A stretch of 64,000 nucleotides of DNA from an uncultured bacterium (lineage in GTDB: Bacteria; Bacillota_I; Bacilli_A; RFN20; CAG-826). The stretch is from assembly GCA_949297275.1 (NCBI GenBank), contig CASFQR010000002.1, forward strand, positions 3,202 to 67,201. The letters are read 5' to 3'. Below are positions 60,174 through 64,000 of this stretch, piece by piece. Under the pieces are notes generated by a model. That model searched no databases. It was not told the origin of the DNA and saw only the letters and a program-made list of their open reading frames with translations. The position numbers were made by a program, and so were the translations under genes. Each line of letters starts with the position of its first letter. The stretch's first letter is position 1.

Positions 60174-61859
60174 ATGCTTAAAGCTCATGTTAATTCGATT
60201 ATTAAATATGAACATAAAGTAGGTGAATATGTTTTAAGACACCGCCATGAAGTGTATGAATTAGTTTATTATGTGTGTGGTGAAGGTCTATTAACGATTG
60301 AAGGAGATGGTTACTCTTATCAAGAAGGAACCATTACCATTACTAAAAAAGGTGTCATTCACGATGAAACCACGAAAGTGTACACTAAATGTATTATCGC
60401 CTTATTCGAACTTGACGAAGAAATTGATGACGATTTTATTTTGGTGAATTTAAACGATAAAGATCTAGTTGAAGTAAATCATATTTTTCATCAAATCTTT
60501 GCTGAAGAAACAGCGGATTTACCATACAAAAAGAAGTTGATTAACAATTACTTCAACGTCATATTGACTTATATTTTTCGTGAGAAATATGCCTATCAAG
60601 CCGAAGAAAAAAGCTATTTATCTTTAAATAAAAGAGCGAAAGCTTTCATCAAAGAAAATTATAAACAAAATATTGATTTTGCCCTATTAGCCAAATCATA
60701 TGGTTATTCCTACTCGCGTTTTCGCCATATCTTTAAAGAAGAAAATAATATTTCTTTAAATTCTTATTTGATTAATTATCGCCTCGATATGGCAAAAGTA
60801 TTTTTGCAAAATAAAAAATACTCCGTTAAAGAAGTTGGTTATCAAGTCGGCTTTAAATCACCAAGTTATTTTAATGCCTCTTTTATTAAAAAATTTCATT
60901 TAACTCCATTAGAATTCCGTCGTTCAATTAAAGATGTCGTTGGAGTAGGGGTCGCTAAACTAAAAGGTTTAGAGACGATTATCTTTGATACTGATTTAGG
61001 ATATGATTGCGATGATGTTGGAGCGCTTGCCCTCTTAAATATCTTTAAAAATCGCAATTTTATCGATTTAAAAGCGATTATTCATTCCGCCAAAAATAAT
61101 CAAGAGGCCGACAAAGCCATCTATGCGATTAATAAATATTATGGTAATAAAGACATTCCAATTGGTTTATCTAATATTTCTAACCCCACTTTAAATCAAT
61201 TAAAAATTAATCCTTATCAAGCTGCGTTAATCGATGAATTTTATCATGGTGAAAATATTATTAAGCACGATTCTTTAGATTTGCTCATTAAAACTTTAAT
61301 CAACGCGGAAGATCAATCTATCACCATCTTAATTACTGGCTTTTTAACTAATGTCGTCGCTTTAATGAAAACGATAAAAGTAAGCGATAATTTAAGCGGT
61401 AGCGATTTAATTAAAAAGAAAGTTTCTCGCTTTGTCATCATGGGTGGAGCGTTTAAAACTAGTCAACCAGAATTTAATCTTTTAAGTGATTTAAACGCGA
61501 GCATCTATTTCTTTCAACATGTTGAAACACCGACATATTTATTAGATTATGATACCGGTGTGACAATCTTTACTGGTCAAAACATGATTGATTCAGTAAA
61601 TAAAAATCCCATTGGAGTCTCTTATTCTATCTGCAACGGGAAAGCGCGAGAATCTTGGGATCCTCTAACAGCTTTATTTGCGATTAATCATGATGACCAC
61701 TTATTTACTTTATCAAAAAGTGGAAATGTTGAAATCGATCAAGAAGGTTATTCGACCTTTCAAGAAGATAAAAATGGCTTTGTCCGTTTAATTTTATTAA
61801 GAGAAACACCACAGATGGTGGAAAAAATTATCAATAAATACTGGGAGGAAAACAAATGA
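60174..61859 (+). CDS. AraC-family regulator (cupin + HTH) fused to a nucleoside-hydrolase-fold domain
   Basis: Residues 1-255 have a cupin (RHRHEVYELVYYVCGEG) and an AraC HTH (...YSYSRFRHIFKE...GFKSPSYFNASFIKKFHLTPLEFRR). Residues ~268-561 start with IIFDTDLGYDCDDVGALALL, resembling the DTDxGxDD metal/ribose motif of IU-nucleoside hydrolases. Confidence 0.75.
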   Translation: MLKAHVNSIIKYEHKVGEYVLRHRHEVYELVYYVCGEGLLTIEGDGYSYQEGTITITKKGVIHDETTKVYTKCIIALFELDEEIDDDFILVNLNDKDLVEVNHIFHQIFAEETADLPYKKKLINNYFNVILTYIFREKYAYQAEEKSYLSLNKRAKAFIKENYKQNIDFALLAKSYGYSYSRFRHIFKEENNISLNSYLINYRLDMAKVFLQNKKYSVKEVGYQVGFKSPSYFNASFIKKFHLTPLEFRRSIKDVVGVGVAKLKGLETIIFDTDLGYDCDDVGALALLNIFKNRNFIDLKAIIHSAKNNQEADKAIYAINKYYGNKDIPIGLSNISNPTLNQLKINPYQAALIDEFYHGENIIKHDSLDLLIKTLINAEDQSITILITGFLTNVVALMKTIKVSDNLSGSDLIKKKVSRFVIMGGAFKTSQPEFNLLSDLNASIYFFQHVETPTYLLDYDTGVTIFTGQNMIDSVNKNPIGVSYSICNGKARESWDPLTALFAINHDDHLFTLSKSGNVEIDQEGYSTFQEDKNGFVRLILLRETPQMVEKIINKYWEENK

Positions 61860-63253
61860 AGAAAAGACATTTTCAAGCATCGTTATTAACGATTATTAGT
61901 TTATTGCTTTTAACTGGTTGCGACAATAACTCTAAACGCGATTATGTCATCCTTTATATTTGGGGCGATAATAGTGAAATTAGTAGTTATGAAAGTATCG
62001 CAAGTAGTTATCGAGAGTTAACTGGCACAGAGGTTCGCGTCATTCCGGCAACGGATAGCTATTACAATAGTTTAAATATTCAACTAGGTTCTTCAAAAAG
62101 TGCACCTGATATCTTTTTTACTGAAGGCGGAGAATTTCCTAGTCACATCGCTAGTAACAAATTATTAAATTTGACGCCTTATATAGAGTCTGGTGCCTTA
62201 GATATTAAAACTGCCTCTAATGACGATGGACAAATTGAGTTATGGGATATCAACGATTCCTATCGTTATGATGGTGATAGTATTGGCCAAGGCGATTATT
62301 ACGCTTTAATTAAAGACTGGTCGCCAGATTTTGTCTTATGGTATAACAAAGGTCTTTTCGATCGTTATAACGAAGTAAATAATTACCAAGCTGGCGATGA
62401 AGGGTTTTTAGAATACCCTAGTGAAACTATTCCGATGAGCTGGGATGAATTTTATGATTTATCGAATAAATTTGTCGGATTAGATTTAGGTGATGGCGTT
62501 AAGGTTAATTATGGCACGATGCTCGACCGCGTTCCTTATAAACATTTGATGGAGTGGATTCAAATGACTGGTAGTAGCACTTGGACAAGCGATGGAATGG
62601 AATTTAATTATACTGATCCAGGCGTTAAAAAGGCCTTTGAATTCTTTATCAATTTGCAAAACGGCGAGAAGAAATCTTCCCCAATTATTGGTCCAACATC
62701 AATTGGTAGTGGCGATTTATTTAGAAATGGTCAGTTGCCATTTTGCTTTTATGGTAACTGGGCTTATTCTAATTATAATTGGGACACGATCGGCTTTGAA
62801 TTTGGTTTATGTCCACCTCCAGTACCCGCTAAAGAGAGCGGTGAAGCTCTCACTATCGAAGATACATATGCGACTAGTTGCGGAATGGTTGGTTTAGCCG
62901 TTTATCGTTCTTCCCCAGTCGTTGATAAGGCGGTAGACTTTTTAAATTATTATATGACAGTTGGCCAAGAATTTATGGCTGAAAAATCTTTTAATATTCC
63001 CGGTAATAAACTCGTTGCTAGTAGCGATGCTTTTATGGAAAACGAAGATGCAAATATTGCCTATATCAATGAGTTTTTTATGAACATCGCGACAAATTAT
63101 ACCCACGAGATTGTTTATAATAAATATGTTTCCCAAGAGGCATTTGAAAATATTATTGGAATTTATCTAATCCCATATATTGAAAATCCTTCTAGCTCTA
63201 ATTTAGATAAAGTTTTAGAAAATATTCATAATGATTTAATGCTCGAAATTTAA
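61856..63253 (+). CDS. ABC transporter substrate-binding lipoprotein (family-1 sugar SBP)
   Basis: Lipobox LLLTGC, 465 aa, with typical SBP_bac_1 features. It overlaps the regulator gene by 4 nt (ATGA) and permease genes follow. Confidence 0.85.
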   Translation: MKKRHFQASLLTIISLLLLTGCDNNSKRDYVILYIWGDNSEISSYESIASSYRELTGTEVRVIPATDSYYNSLNIQLGSSKSAPDIFFTEGGEFPSHIASNKLLNLTPYIESGALDIKTASNDDGQIELWDINDSYRYDGDSIGQGDYYALIKDWSPDFVLWYNKGLFDRYNEVNNYQAGDEGFLEYPSETIPMSWDEFYDLSNKFVGLDLGDGVKVNYGTMLDRVPYKHLMEWIQMTGSSTWTSDGMEFNYTDPGVKKAFEFFINLQNGEKKSSPIIGPTSIGSGDLFRNGQLPFCFYGNWAYSNYNWDTIGFEFGLCPPPVPAKESGEALTIEDTYATSCGMVGLAVYRSSPVVDKAVDFLNYYMTVGQEFMAEKSFNIPGNKLVASSDAFMENEDANIAYINEFFMNIATNYTHEIVYNKYVSQEAFENIIGIYLIPYIENPSSSNLDKVLENIHNDLMLEI

Positions 63254-63254
63254 A

Positions 63255-64000
63255 ATGGAAAAAGTTGATATTCTCGATATAACTAAACAAAGGAAAAGTT
63301 TCAATCCTGAAAAACGAAAGACGATGCTCTTTTTCGCCTATATTTCCCCTTGGTTAATTGGTTTGATACTTTTTACTCTCGTCCCAATATGTATCTCTTT
63401 TGTTTTATCGTTTACTAATACGTCGATGATGAATTTTTCTAGCGATCCTTGGGAGTTTGTTGGTATTGATAATTATCTTAGAATATTTCGGGAAGATGCT
63501 ACCTTTTTAAGAGCTTTGCTCAATACTTTTATTTACGCCTTTGTTAAAGTCTTTTTGTTAGTAATTATCGCCTTATTAATCGCCTTATTGCTCAATAAAA
63601 AGATCGTAGGTCGCAAAGTCTTTCGCGTTTTGATTTATTTGCCGAGCATCATTCCTGTCGTCAGCGTTGCTCTTTTATGGAAAATGATTTTCACTGGCGG
63701 CGAATATAATATTGTCAATTACGTTTTATCTTTTTTTGGTTTTCCTGCCATTGATTTCTTTGGCGGAGAAGCCTCAAGTATGGCGACGATTATCTTCATT
63801 GGGATATGGAATGGTTTAGGTCCAACGATGTTAATCCTTTTAGCGGGTATCCAAGGCATCGATCACGATATCATTGAGGCGAGTGAACTCGATGGTGTCA
63901 ATGTCTTCCAAAAATTTTGGCACATCGTTTTACCTTCGTTATCTTCAACAATTTTCTTTGTTACTTTGACAAGCTTAATTTCTTCCTTACAAGTTTATGC
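63255..64000 (+). CDS. Sugar ABC transporter permease (MalF/UgpA type), 3' end outside the window
   Basis: My translation from ATG 63255 gives MEKVDILDITKQRKSFNPEKRKTMLFFAYISPWLIGLILFTLVPICISFVLSFTN..., typical of a CUT1 permease N-terminus. The frame is open to the window edge. Confidence 0.8.
   Translation, partial: MEKVDILDITKQRKSFNPEKRKTMLFFAYISPWLIGLILFTLVPICISFVLSFTNTSMMNFSSDPWEFVGIDNYLRIFREDATFLRALLNTFIYAFVKVFLLVIIALLIALLLNKKIVGRKVFRVLIYLPSIIPVVSVALLWKMIFTGGEYNIVNYVLSFFGFPAIDFFGGEASSMATIIFIGIWNGLGPTMLILLAGIQGIDHDIIEASELDGVNVFQKFWHIVLPSLSSTIFFVTLTSLISSLQVY

Overview
Low-GC, gene-dense chromosomal window of about 56 protein genes. I saw no rRNA, tRNA, CRISPR array, transposase or prophage. 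TGA is a stop codon here. Several traits look Mollicutes/Acholeplasma-like, though a related low-GC Firmicute is possible: a ClpB with no N-domain behind a CIRCE operator, many lipobox lipoproteins, surface proteins held by a C-terminal TM anchor with no LPXTG, and many leaderless-looking genes. Layout: (1) 1-5.2 kb holds tldD/pmbA and three glycosyltransferases. (2) 5.2-29.9 kb is housekeeping: ung, a TPP riboswitch with an extended ThiT, tsaE, a tsaB-rimI fusion, tsaD, asnS, a hydantoinase, a three-gene operon of unknown membrane proteins, pcrA-ligA-gatCAB, galE, and CIRCE-clpB. (3) 29.9-46 kb is a glycan-biosynthesis island. It encodes the full fructose-6-P to GDP-6-deoxyhexose route (manA, phosphohexomutase, manC, gmd, rmd-like), a Wzm/Wzt ABC exporter, three GTs, two initiating phosphoglycosyl transferases and a 973-aa O-antigen-ligase-like fusion protein. 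(4) 46.9-64 kb is a glycan-capture/utilisation-like locus. It contains lacZ, ribokinase, two paralogous anchored surface proteins (one split by a frameshift at a 5-nt tandem duplication), two paralogous GH-A-like lipoproteins (one lacking the NEP acid/base motif), an AraC regulator fused to a nucleoside-hydrolase-fold domain, and a sugar ABC importer. The best candidates for undescribed biology are block 4, plus the giant ligase-like fusion and the D-rhamnan-type pathway in block 3. All family calls come from motif recognition by eye; no database search was run.
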